A stretch of DNA of 64,000 bases from Candidatus Limnocylindrales bacterium (GTDB lineage Bacteria > Chloroflexota > Limnocylindria > Limnocylindrales > CSP1-4). Below are positions 8,625-17,221 of the stretch, piece by piece. Made by a program: the position numbers and the translations under genes. The stretch covers positions 9,164 through 73,163 of the forward strand of contig DASYSM010000134.1 of the NCBI GenBank assembly GCA_036003325.1, written 5' to 3'. The notes below the pieces were generated by a model that was not told the origin of the DNA, did no database searches, and saw nothing but the letters and a program-made list of their open reading frames with translations. How positions within the stretch are numbered: position 1 is the first letter of the stretch; every line of letters begins with the position of its first letter.

Positions 8625-9919
8625 TGACGAGAAAAATCGCCATCGATCTCCGAGAGGCGATCACCCAGGTCCACCGGCAGGAGTGGGCTCGGGTGGTCGC
8701 CGTCCTTGCCCGGCGATTCGGTGACCTCGATATCGCCGAGGAGGCGGCGGCGGAAGCATTCGCGGCCGCCACCGAGCGATGGCCCGCCGACGGCGTGCCC
8801 CCCAATCCAGCCGCCTGGCTGGCCACCACCGCCAACCGCAAGGCCATCGATCGGATCCGGCGCGAGAGCAAGCGCGACGCCAAGCAGAGGGAGGCGCAGA
8901 TGTCATACGACGACGAGCCCCCCGCTTCCGCCGGTGCCATCGAGGACGAGCGGCTGCGGCTGATCTTCACGTGCTGCCACCCCGCTCTCGCGATGGAGAC
9001 CCGCGTCGCGCTGACGTTGCGGATGGTCGGCGGCCTGACCGTGCCCGAGATCGCCCGCGCCTTCCTGGTCAAGGAGTCCGCGATGGGTCAGCGGATCACC
9101 CGTGCGAAGGCCAAGATCAAGGCGACCGGCATCCCGTATCGCGTGCCATCGACGGAGGATCTCCCGGGACGCGTCTCGGGCGTCCTTGCTGTCCTCTTCC
9201 TCGTGTTCAACGAGGGCTATCTGGCGACGGGCGCCGATACGGAACCCATCCGTCACGATCTCACCGCTGAGGCGATCCGACTCACCCGCCTGGTCCATTC
9301 CCTCATGCCCGAGGACGGCGAGGTGGCCGGGCTGCTGGCGCTCATGCTCATGACCGAAGCGCGCGCCCGTGCTCGGGTGTCGGCCGGCGGCGAACTCGTT
9401 CCCCTCGGCGAGCAGGACCGAGGCACCTGGGACCCCACCCTCATCGCCGAAGGTCATCGCCTCGTACGCGCCCGCTTGGCCAGCGGCGAGACGCCAGGTC
9501 GATACCAGATCCTCGCTGCGATCAATGCCGTGCACACCTCCGCCCGTGCCGCGTCCGACACGGATTGGTGGCAGGTCGTCGGGCTCTACGACCAGCTCAT
9601 CCGCCTCGACCCGTCACCGATCGTCGTCCTGAACCGGGCCATCGCCGTCGCCGAGGTCGACGGCCCGGAGGTGGCCTTGGAAGCCGCCGACCGTCTCGAT
9701 GAACCCCTGGCTGGCTATCACGCCTACCACGCGACGCGCGCGGACCTGCTGCGCCGGCTCGGGCGCGACCAGGAGTCCCGAGCCGCGTATGACAAGGCCA
9801 TCGAGCTTGCTGGCAACGCCGCCGAGACCGCATATCTGACGCGTCGCCGCGACGAGTCGGGGTCGTCCGCCTCGAGTCGACTTGGGTCGCCGACCATCGA
9901 TCCATACAGATCCGCCTGA
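8624..9919 (+). CDS. ECF sigma factor with about 200-aa C-terminal TPR-like extension (ECF42-like)
   Basis: Region 2 (AAWLATTANRKAIDRIRRE), region 4 (LTVPEIARAFLVKESAMGQRITRAKAKI) and a long helical C-terminal extension. Sits next to a YciI/DGPF gene. Confidence 0.85.
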   Translation: MTRKIAIDLREAITQVHRQEWARVVAVLARRFGDLDIAEEAAAEAFAAATERWPADGVPPNPAAWLATTANRKAIDRIRRESKRDAKQREAQMSYDDEPPASAGAIEDERLRLIFTCCHPALAMETRVALTLRMVGGLTVPEIARAFLVKESAMGQRITRAKAKIKATGIPYRVPSTEDLPGRVSGVLAVLFLVFNEGYLATGADTEPIRHDLTAEAIRLTRLVHSLMPEDGEVAGLLALMLMTEARARARVSAGGELVPLGEQDRGTWDPTLIAEGHRLVRARLASGETPGRYQILAAINAVHTSARAASDTDWWQVVGLYDQLIRLDPSPIVVLNRAIAVAEVDGPEVALEAADRLDEPLAGYHAYHATRADLLRRLGRDQESRAAYDKAIELAGNAAETAYLTRRRDESGSSASSRLGSPTIDPYRSA

Positions 9920-9981
9920 TCTGGGTGGATCATGCCGGCCACCCTTGCCGCGACCTGACAGGCAGCGAGCACTCGCACCGA

Positions 9982-11256
9982 TCAGGCGCCGAGAGCACGC
10001 TCGTCCGCGATCGTCCGGATCCGGGGTAGTGGCGAGAGCACCAGGAACAGGATCGAGACGGCCATCCCTGCCCAGCCGATGGCGATCCCGCCGCGGACGC
10101 CGATGACGCCGGCGACGGCCGCGGCAACCAGCGCGCCGATCGGATAGGCGATCCCGTGCGACAGCACGTCGAAGGTGGCATTGACGCGGCCGAGGACGCG
10201 GTCCGGGCTGAGTCCCTGGATCAACGACAGCTCGGCGACCCCCTCGATCGTCTGAAGGCCGTCGCCGAACAGCTGCGGGATGAACACCATCACGGTCGCG
10301 ATCAGGACGGGTCCCTGGGCCAGCGGCGTCAGGATGCCGAGCGCGGACGCGCCGACCGCCATCCAGATCAGCGCCGGGCCGATGCCGAGCCTGCGGATGA
10401 CGCGCTGGGCGAACAGTGAACCGACCAGCGAGCCGACGCCACCCGCCGAGACGACGATCCCGAGCAGGAACGGCGACAGGTGCAGGTCGTCGATGAGATA
10501 GATCGTGTACAGGACGCCGTAGAACGCACCGGCGACGTGGGCGACCACCGACCGCATCGCCATCGCAAAGAGGACCTGGTGGTGCCGGACGAGGCGCAGG
10601 CCCTCGGCGATCTCGTGGCGGATCGGCGTCGTCGTCGTTCTCGCCGGCCGCGGCGGCTCGGGCGTCCGGATGAGAAGCAGCGACACCGCCGACACGGCGA
10701 ACGACACCGCGTCGACCAGGACGGCGAAGGGCGCGCTGACGAGCTGGACGAGCGCGCCGGCCAGGCCCGGTCCGCCGATCTCGGCCAGCGACGAGCTCGT
10801 CGCGAGCTTGCTGTTCCCATCGACCACGCGCTCGACCCCGATGAGCGAGGGCACGTACGCGGGATACGCGGCGTCGAACAGGGCCCCCAGACAGCCCTCG
10901 ACGAAGGTCACGAGATAGAGCTGCTCCATGCGCAGGACGCCGGCCGCGTAGGCGACCGGGATCGACAGCAGGAGCAGCGACCTGATCGCGTCGGCGCCGA
11001 TGAGCAGCGGCCGGCGCCGCAGCCGGTCGACCCAGGCCCCGGCGAACAGCCCGACCAGCAGGATCGCCAGGCTGCCGGCGACCACCAGGAACGCCATGTC
11101 GGTCGGGCCCGCCCCGAGCACGAGCAGCGCCACGAGCGGGATCGCCGTGCGCGTCACGACCGAGCCCAGCTCGGACACGGTCTGACCGGTCCACAGCTTC
11201 AGGAAGTCGGTGTGGCGCCAGAGTGATCGGGCGGTCGCGGGGTCGCCTCGCGTCAC
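9982..11256 (-). CDS. MFS transporter (EntS/MFS_3-like)
   Basis: 12-TM-like hydrophobic profile. N-terminus WRHTDFLKLWTGQTVSELGS is typical of this MFS subfamily. GTG 11256 overlaps the HAD gene stop (GTGA). Confidence 0.82.
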   Translation of the reverse strand: MTRGDPATARSLWRHTDFLKLWTGQTVSELGSVVTRTAIPLVALLVLGAGPTDMAFLVVAGSLAILLVGLFAGAWVDRLRRRPLLIGADAIRSLLLLSIPVAYAAGVLRMEQLYLVTFVEGCLGALFDAAYPAYVPSLIGVERVVDGNSKLATSSSLAEIGGPGLAGALVQLVSAPFAVLVDAVSFAVSAVSLLLIRTPEPPRPARTTTTPIRHEIAEGLRLVRHHQVLFAMAMRSVVAHVAGAFYGVLYTIYLIDDLHLSPFLLGIVVSAGGVGSLVGSLFAQRVIRRLGIGPALIWMAVGASALGILTPLAQGPVLIATVMVFIPQLFGDGLQTIEGVAELSLIQGLSPDRVLGRVNATFDVLSHGIAYPIGALVAAAVAGVIGVRGGIAIGWAGMAVSILFLVLSPLPRIRTIADERALGA

Positions 11257-11924
11257 CGCGACGTCAACGTCAGCCCGAGCTCGTCGAGCGAATCGAGCAG
11301 CTCCGCCGCGTCGCGATAGACACGGAACGCGCCGGCCGCACGCAGCTCGTCCTCGCCGTACCCGCCGGTCAGCAGGCCGACGCTGAGCATCCCCGCTCGC
11401 CGCGCCGCGAGCAGGTCCCAGACCGCGTCGCCGACGACGTAGCAATCCGCGATGGCGACCCCGAGACGCTCCTGGCAGGCCAGGAACAGATCCGGTTCGG
11501 GCTTCGCCCGCAGCACGTCACCGCGCTCGACCACGACCATCTCGGGCGGCACGTCGAGCGCCTCGAGCGACGCGTCGATCTCCGGCCGCCGGCCGGACGT
11601 GGCGATGCCGTGGACGATCCCGCTGGCACGCAGGCTCGCGAGGAGCTCGATGGCGCCCGGGAGCGGCCGCCGGTCGGGCAGGATCTCGCGGAAGATCTCG
11701 CCGTGGCGGCGCTGGAGCATCTCGGTCTCGGCGTCGGTCAGGTTGCGACCGATCTCGCGCGCGACCGCGCGGGCGAACAACCCACCGCTCATCCCGATGC
11801 GCCGGTGGATCCGCCAGCCATCGACCGGATGGCCACCTTCGAGCAGGGCCCGCTGCCAAGCGAAGACATGGGCGTAGACGGTGTCGACGAGGGTCCCGTC
11901 GAGGTCGAAGATCAGGGCATGCAT
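11253..11924 (-). CDS. HAD-superfamily hydrolase (phosphoglycolate phosphatase-like)
   Basis: Motif I FDLDGTLVDT, motif II IATSG, motif IV VGDAVWD. ATG at 11924. Confidence 0.85.
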   Translation of the reverse strand: MHALIFDLDGTLVDTVYAHVFAWQRALLEGGHPVDGWRIHRRIGMSGGLFARAVAREIGRNLTDAETEMLQRRHGEIFREILPDRRPLPGAIELLASLRASGIVHGIATSGRRPEIDASLEALDVPPEMVVVERGDVLRAKPEPDLFLACQERLGVAIADCYVVGDAVWDLLAARRAGMLSVGLLTGGYGEDELRAAGAFRVYRDAAELLDSLDELGLTLTSR

Positions 11925-12015
11925 CCGCGTGCCAGTATGGAGCAGCTGCCGTAACGATTTCGAAACGCCGTCGGTCCATGATCCGGGCGATCCCCGGACG
12001 AGAAGAAGGAAGGTC

Positions 12016-13242
12016 GTGACCAGCGGAGCCCTCCCTCCAGCCGCTCCCCCGACCTCACGACTCGCCATCGGCGGACTGCTCGTCAGCCTCGCGGCGGTCG
12101 CCGTCATCGTGGCGGTCGACCTGGTCCTCGTGGCTCACGGCCGCCTGACGGATGTGGCCTTCTCGGTCATCCCGATCCTCCTGATCACAGATCTGTCAGG
12201 CGTTGGCGGCGTCCTCGTCATCCGCCGACCGGGCAACGCCATCGGCGGGCTGCTGCTGTTCGCCGGCGTCCTCACCGCGATCGCCTGGGCCGGCGGGTTC
12301 TATTCCGAGCTCGCCGAGCTCCCGGGGTTCGAGTGGATCCCGCTGGTCGTCCCGGTGGCATGGCTGACCGGCTGGATCTTCACGCCGACGATCGGGTTGA
12401 TCGCGGTCATCGTCCCGATGCTCTACCCGAGCGGGCACCTGCCGGGACCGCGTTGGCGCATCCTCGCCGCGATCGCGCTGGTCGCCATCTCGATCAGCGC
12501 ACTGGCGACCGCGACCACGCCGGGCCCGATCGGCACCTCCGACATCATGAACCCGGTCGTCCCGCCCCAGCCGCTCGCCGACCTGATCCAGACCCTCGGC
12601 GCCATCAGCCAGGCCCTGGCGCTGCCGGTGATCCTGATCGTCATCGCGAACCTGGTCGCCCGGTTCGGTCGCTCGCGGGGCGTCGAACGCGAGCAGATGA
12701 AATGGTTCCTGTCGGTCGCGGCGATGGCCGCGGTCGCGGTCGTCATCTCGATCGTCACGTCGGGGCCGGTCTCCGACCTGTTCTGGATCCTCGCGATGAT
12801 CTCGGTCGGCCTGCTCCCGCTCGCGATCGGCATCGCGATCCTCCGCTACCGGCTCTACGAGATCGACCGGCTCGTGTCGCGAACCATCTCGTACGCCATC
12901 ATCACGGGGGTCCTCGTCGTCGTCTTCGGCGCGCTCGACCTCGTCCTCGAGGCCCTGATGGAGAACCTGACCCAGGCCGACGCGCTGGCGGTCGCCGGTT
13001 CCACGCTCATCGTGTTCATGCTCTTCCAGCCGCTCCGGAGGCGCGTCCAGGCGGCCGTCGATCGACGCTTCGACCGGCAGCGCTACGAGGGCGACAGGAT
13101 CGCCCAGGAGTTCGCCGATCGACTCCGGGACGAGCTCGATCCGGATCGTCTCCGGCTCGAGCTCGATCGCGTCCTGGCTCGCACCGTGGCCCCGGCGCGG
13201 ACGGGACTGTGGCTCCGTGGCGAGCGCGGCGGGCGATCGTGA
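12016..13242 (+). CDS. Polytopic membrane protein resembling the N-terminal sensor module of actinobacterial histidine kinases, but lacking any kinase domain
   Basis: About 8 TM helices, then LRYRLYEIDRLVSRT and DRRFDRQRYEG motifs, which I recognise from the membrane/juxtamembrane part of HisKA_3-type kinases. GTG 12016 follows GAAGGAAGG. The ORF ends 109 nt before a convergent gene. Confidence 0.6.
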   Translation: MTSGALPPAAPPTSRLAIGGLLVSLAAVAVIVAVDLVLVAHGRLTDVAFSVIPILLITDLSGVGGVLVIRRPGNAIGGLLLFAGVLTAIAWAGGFYSELAELPGFEWIPLVVPVAWLTGWIFTPTIGLIAVIVPMLYPSGHLPGPRWRILAAIALVAISISALATATTPGPIGTSDIMNPVVPPQPLADLIQTLGAISQALALPVILIVIANLVARFGRSRGVEREQMKWFLSVAAMAAVAVVISIVTSGPVSDLFWILAMISVGLLPLAIGIAILRYRLYEIDRLVSRTISYAIITGVLVVVFGALDLVLEALMENLTQADALAVAGSTLIVFMLFQPLRRRVQAAVDRRFDRQRYEGDRIAQEFADRLRDELDPDRLRLELDRVLARTVAPARTGLWLRGERGGRS

Positions 13243-13294
13243 CGCACCGTCGCGCCTCGGTCGTTCGGACCATCGACCATCGTCGCCGCGAATC

Positions 13295-13326
13295 CGGAGG
13301 GCCGGCCCTCGCGGACCGGCCCTCCG
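13295..13326. terminator. GC-rich hairpin (11-bp stem, 10-nt loop) between convergent genes; candidate bidirectional terminator
   Basis: cggagggccgg (13295-13305) pairs perfectly with ccggccctccg (13316-13326). No U-tract. Confidence 0.4.
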
Positions 13327-13351
13327 TCGCGTGGCGTGGCGCGACGATCGC

Positions 13352-14470
13352 CTAGTTGCCGCCCTCCTTGAGCGTGACCGTCCCCTTCTGGAACGATGCG
13401 CCCTTGGTGTCGACCGATGAGCCCAGCGCGTCGAGCGCCTTCTGGGCCAGGTCGGTCCGGGTCGCGTCCGCGGACGGCGCCGCCTTGAGCACGCCATACG
13501 TCGTCGCGATCTGGAGGGTCTGGTCGTAGAGCGTCTTGTCGAGCAGGCCGATGCCGTTCGGCGAGGGCCAGATGAGCGCGTTGATCTCGTTCATCTGCCA
13601 GGCCTGGTGGCTGGCCCCCAGCTGCGAGCCCTTCGACAGCACGATGTCGACGCACTTCTGGGCGTTGTCGCGGCAGTAGATCCAGCCCTTGAAGCTCGCC
13701 TGCAGGAACTTCGTCGCGACGTCCGCGTTGTTGCCGGTCTTGAGCCACTTGTCGCTGGCGAAGATCTGGTCCTGGAGCATGGCCGTCCCGACCGACGGAT
13801 CGTTGAAGTCGACGACGTTGAGGTCGGCCGGCGTGTACAGCGCGCCGGTGGCCGGGTTCTTGGCCTCGAGGACCTGGGCGTACTCGTTGTAGATCATCGC
13901 CTGCGCGACGTCGAGATCGCCCTTCAGCAGACCCGACATGTCGAAGTTCTGCTTGATGATGTTCTCCTTGGTCGGGTCGAGCCCGGCCTTGGTCAGGCCG
14001 GCGAACAGCTCGGGCTCGTTGCCGCCCAGCCAGCTGCCGATCTTCTTGCCGGCCATCGTCGCCGGGCTGGTGATGTTGGCCGCCTTGAACGACGCCATCC
14101 GGGTCCCCGAGCGCTGGAAGACCTGGGCGATCGAGACGAGGTCAGTGCCGCCCTCGCGCGACTGGAGCATGTTCGGCAGCCAGGCCGTCCCGATGTCCGC
14201 GCCACCGGTCGCCACGACCTGGACGTTGTTGACGTTCGGGCCGCCGAGCAGCAGCGAGACATCGAGCCCGACGTCCTTGTAGTAGCCCTGGTCGATCGCC
14301 GCGTAATAGCCCGCGAACTGCGACTGCGCGACCCACTGGAGCTGGAACTTGACCGGCGTGAGCGCGGCGGCCGAGCTGGAGCCCCCGCCCGACGAGCTAC
14401 AGGCCGCGACCAGGAGCAGTACGGCTCCCATGGCCAGAGCGGCCGCCTTCCGAGACAGTCTCATGTCCAT
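13352..14470 (-). CDS. ABC transporter substrate-binding lipoprotein (NMT1/THI5-like, NitT/TauT family)
   Basis: Signal peptide plus lipobox LLVAAC. The fold-level pattern (VKFQLQWVAQSQFAGYYAA, GADIGTAW) is typical of NMT1/SsuA-like binding proteins. Confidence 0.85.
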   Translation of the reverse strand: MDMRLSRKAAALAMGAVLLLVAACSSSGGGSSSAAALTPVKFQLQWVAQSQFAGYYAAIDQGYYKDVGLDVSLLLGGPNVNNVQVVATGGADIGTAWLPNMLQSREGGTDLVSIAQVFQRSGTRMASFKAANITSPATMAGKKIGSWLGGNEPELFAGLTKAGLDPTKENIIKQNFDMSGLLKGDLDVAQAMIYNEYAQVLEAKNPATGALYTPADLNVVDFNDPSVGTAMLQDQIFASDKWLKTGNNADVATKFLQASFKGWIYCRDNAQKCVDIVLSKGSQLGASHQAWQMNEINALIWPSPNGIGLLDKTLYDQTLQIATTYGVLKAAPSADATRTDLAQKALDALGSSVDTKGASFQKGTVTLKEGGN

Positions 14471-14554
14471 CCCTCCTCGAACACGTCCGACCGACGGCGT
14501 CGGCCGGGGCGATGGCGCCTCCCGGCCGACGATGGTAGGCCACCGGGGCCATCG

Positions 14555-15331
14555 TCATCTGGCCATCTCGCGGGCCGCCTGCCACGGGATCACCAGCCGC
14601 TCCAGCGCCACCGCCACAAGGTAGAGCCCGATCCCCATGGCGCAGGCGAGGATGATCGCGGCCCACGCGGTCGGATAGCGGCTGTGCCCGGTCTCGAGGG
14701 TGATGTAGATCCCGAGCGAGTACAGCGGCCCGCCGAAGAACTCGCCGACGACGGCGCCGATGACGCTCAGCGTGGTCGCGATGCGCAACGCGGTGAACCA
14801 GTACGGCAGGGCGTTCGGCCCGCGAAGCTTGACCAGCGTCTGCGATTCGGTGGCGGCATACGAGGCCAGCAGCTCGAGGGCGGCCGGTTCTACATTGGTC
14901 AGCCCTCGGATGGTGTTGACCATGACCGGGAAGAAGACCATCAGCGCCACGATCGTCATCCGGGGCAGGAGGCTCTCCGGTCCGAACCAGTTGAGCGTGA
15001 TCGGGGCGAAGGCGATGATCGGGATCGCGCTCGCGCCGATGGCCACCGGCAGCAGCAGCTCGCGCGCGCTCGCCCAGCGGGCGGTGGCCAGCCCGGCCAG
15101 CGTCCCCAGCGCGACCCCGACGATGAGCCCGCCGATCGCCTCGGCGCCGGTGAACAGCACGCCCTTGACGAGGGTCGGCCATTCGGTGACCAGGCTGCCG
15201 GCGATGACACTGGGGCGCGGGATGAGGAACGACTGGACGCCGAGCGCGAACAGCGACACTTCCCAGGCGACGAGGACGACCACGAAGACGACGATGGCCG
15301 GTGTCCAGTCGCGGACGGCCGACCGGCTCAT
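14555..15331 (-). CDS. ABC transporter permease (NitT/TauT family)
   Basis: 6-TM permease with an EAA-like loop region (ESQTLVKLRGPNALPYWFTALRI). Confidence 0.85.
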   Translation of the reverse strand: MSRSAVRDWTPAIVVFVVVLVAWEVSLFALGVQSFLIPRPSVIAGSLVTEWPTLVKGVLFTGAEAIGGLIVGVALGTLAGLATARWASARELLLPVAIGASAIPIIAFAPITLNWFGPESLLPRMTIVALMVFFPVMVNTIRGLTNVEPAALELLASYAATESQTLVKLRGPNALPYWFTALRIATTLSVIGAVVGEFFGGPLYSLGIYITLETGHSRYPTAWAAIILACAMGIGLYLVAVALERLVIPWQAAREMAR

Positions 15332-15344
15332 CGGCGGACCCCGG

Positions 15345-16247
15345 TCATGACAGTCCTTCGGCCCGGACGCGCTGGGCGTCGGTCGTGCCCAGGACCTCGT
15401 CGCTCGACTCGTGCTGGCGGAGCGCCTCGCGGACCCGGGTGACCAGCTCGAAATAGCGCTCGGATTCGCGGGTGTCGACCGAGCGATCGGCCGGCAGGTC
15501 GATGTCGATGACCTGTGAGATCCGGCCGGGTCTCGCCGACATGACCACGACCCGGGTGGACAGGAAGACCGCCTCGGGGATGCTGTGGGTGACGAACACG
15601 ATGGTCGTGCCGGTCCGCCGCCAGATGCTCATCAGCTCGGCGTTCATCCGCTCGCGGGTCATCTCGTCGAGCGCCCCGAACGGCTCGTCCATCAGCAGGA
15701 GCTTGGGGTCGAACGACAGCGCCCGCGCGATCGCGACGCGCTGCTGCATCCCGCCCGACAGCTCCCACGGATGACGCTCGGCGAACGCATCGAGCTCGAC
15801 CAGCCGGAGCAGGTCGGCGGATCGGCGCGACCGCTCATCCGCCGGGAAGCCCATGATCTCGAGGGGCAGCTCGATGTTCTTGGTGATGGTCCGCCAGTCC
15901 ATCAGGACCGGCGCCTGGAAGACCATCCCGTAGTCACGGTCCTCCCGTGCCCGCCCGGGCGGCTTGCCGTTGATGAGGATGGTGCCGCTGGTCGGCGCGG
16001 TCAGGTCCCCGATGAGCCGCAGGAGCGTGGACTTGCCACAGCCCGACGGCCCGATGAGCGACACGAACTCGCCCTGGCGGATGGTCAGGTCGATCGATTC
16101 GAGCGCCGTGACGGAGGCCGCCGCCGTCCCGAACACCTTGCCGACGCCGCTCGCCTGGACGACGGGCGTGGTGGCACCGGCGACAGCCCCGTCGGCCGGC
16201 CCGTCCGGCGCGTCGGCTGGCGGCTGGTGCATCGGATCCGTGGTCAC
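15345..16247 (-). CDS. ABC transporter ATP-binding protein
   Basis: Walker A GPSGCGKST, signature LSGGMQQRVAIARAL, Walker B LLLMDEPF. GTG 16247 overlaps the upstream permease stop (GTGA); alternative ATG at 16232. The rest of the 693-aa ORF is out-of-frame read-through. Confidence 0.9.
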   Translation of the reverse strand: MTTDPMHQPPADAPDGPADGAVAGATTPVVQASGVGKVFGTAAASVTALESIDLTIRQGEFVSLIGPSGCGKSTLLRLIGDLTAPTSGTILINGKPPGRAREDRDYGMVFQAPVLMDWRTITKNIELPLEIMGFPADERSRRSADLLRLVELDAFAERHPWELSGGMQQRVAIARALSFDPKLLLMDEPFGALDEMTRERMNAELMSIWRRTGTTIVFVTHSIPEAVFLSTRVVVMSARPGRISQVIDIDLPADRSVDTRESERYFELVTRVREALRQHESSDEVLGTTDAQRVRAEGLS

Positions 16248-17194
16248 AGCAGCCCCTCCACCGGCCGATAGCGGCCGCGCATGACGATGGCCTCGGCGAT
16301 GTTGATCGCGCCGAAGAAGAACAAGCCGAGGATCGTGCACATGACGATCGTCGCCCACAGCCGCTCGGGGGCCGACACGTAGTACTGGTTGTAGTTGAGG
16401 ATGGCGCTGCCGAGGCCGGATGAGACCCCGGCCGTCTGCTCCCCGATGATGGCGCCGATGATCGACGCCGCGGCTGCCACCCGGAAGCCCGCGAACAGGT
16501 ACGGCACCGACGTCGGCAGCCGGAGCTGCCACAGGATCTGCCGGCGCGAGGCGGCATACGAGCGGAACAGCTCGATCGCCCGCGGATCGACCGCCCGCAG
16601 CCCGCGCAGCGAGGCGATCGTGACCGGGAAGAACGTCAGGTAGGCAGCGACGGCCATGACCGACAGCCAGTCGGCCTTGATGGCCACGACCACCAGCGGC
16701 GCGATGGCGAGGATGGGCACGGTCTGCGACGCCACGACGTACGGGACCAGTGCCCGCTCGGCGAGACGCGAATGGACGAAGAAGACGCCGAGCGCGAGAC
16801 CGAGCAGCCCACCGATGACGAAGCCGGCGAACGCCTCGGCCAGGGTGAACGCCGCCTGGCCCGCGAGCACGACCGCCAGCGGCGGGCCACCTCGCTGCGC
16901 CGGGTCGACGAACGCCCGGACGATGTCCCAGACGTGCGGCAGCGACAGATCGTCGGCGATCCGCCACGCGAACGGCGGGACGTGCTCGTAGTCGATCTGG
17001 ATGCCGGCGATCGTCGCGTGGATCCGCCACGGGTCGCCTCCGAGCCACTTGGCGCCCTCCCACAGGACGACCAGGGCGACGAGCACCACGATCAGACCCG
17101 CGATGCGCTGTCGCCGCGAGCGCGCGCGTCGCGGAGCGGAGGCCGCGATCGGCCGGCCGGATGCCCGGCGCAGGGACCCGCTGGCGGTGGTCAT
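16244..17194 (-). CDS. ABC transporter permease (NitT/TauT family), second copy
   Basis: Polytopic. EAA-like loop ASRRQILWQLRLPTSVPYLFAGFRV. Confidence 0.85.
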   Translation of the reverse strand: MTTASGSLRRASGRPIAASAPRRARSRRQRIAGLIVVLVALVVLWEGAKWLGGDPWRIHATIAGIQIDYEHVPPFAWRIADDLSLPHVWDIVRAFVDPAQRGGPPLAVVLAGQAAFTLAEAFAGFVIGGLLGLALGVFFVHSRLAERALVPYVVASQTVPILAIAPLVVVAIKADWLSVMAVAAYLTFFPVTIASLRGLRAVDPRAIELFRSYAASRRQILWQLRLPTSVPYLFAGFRVAAAASIIGAIIGEQTAGVSSGLGSAILNYNQYYVSAPERLWATIVMCTILGLFFFGAINIAEAIVMRGRYRPVEGLL

Positions 17195-17221
17195 CGGCGG
17201 TCGGCGGCTCGGCGCCCGGCC

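Noticed and set aside
12016-13242. Calling the kinase-less sensor-like gene a pseudogene
   Set aside because: The reading frame is intact over 408 codons with a good SD and GTG start and a clean stop. No kinase remnant fits in the 109-nt downstream spacer. I kept it as a CDS and flagged it as a finding instead.
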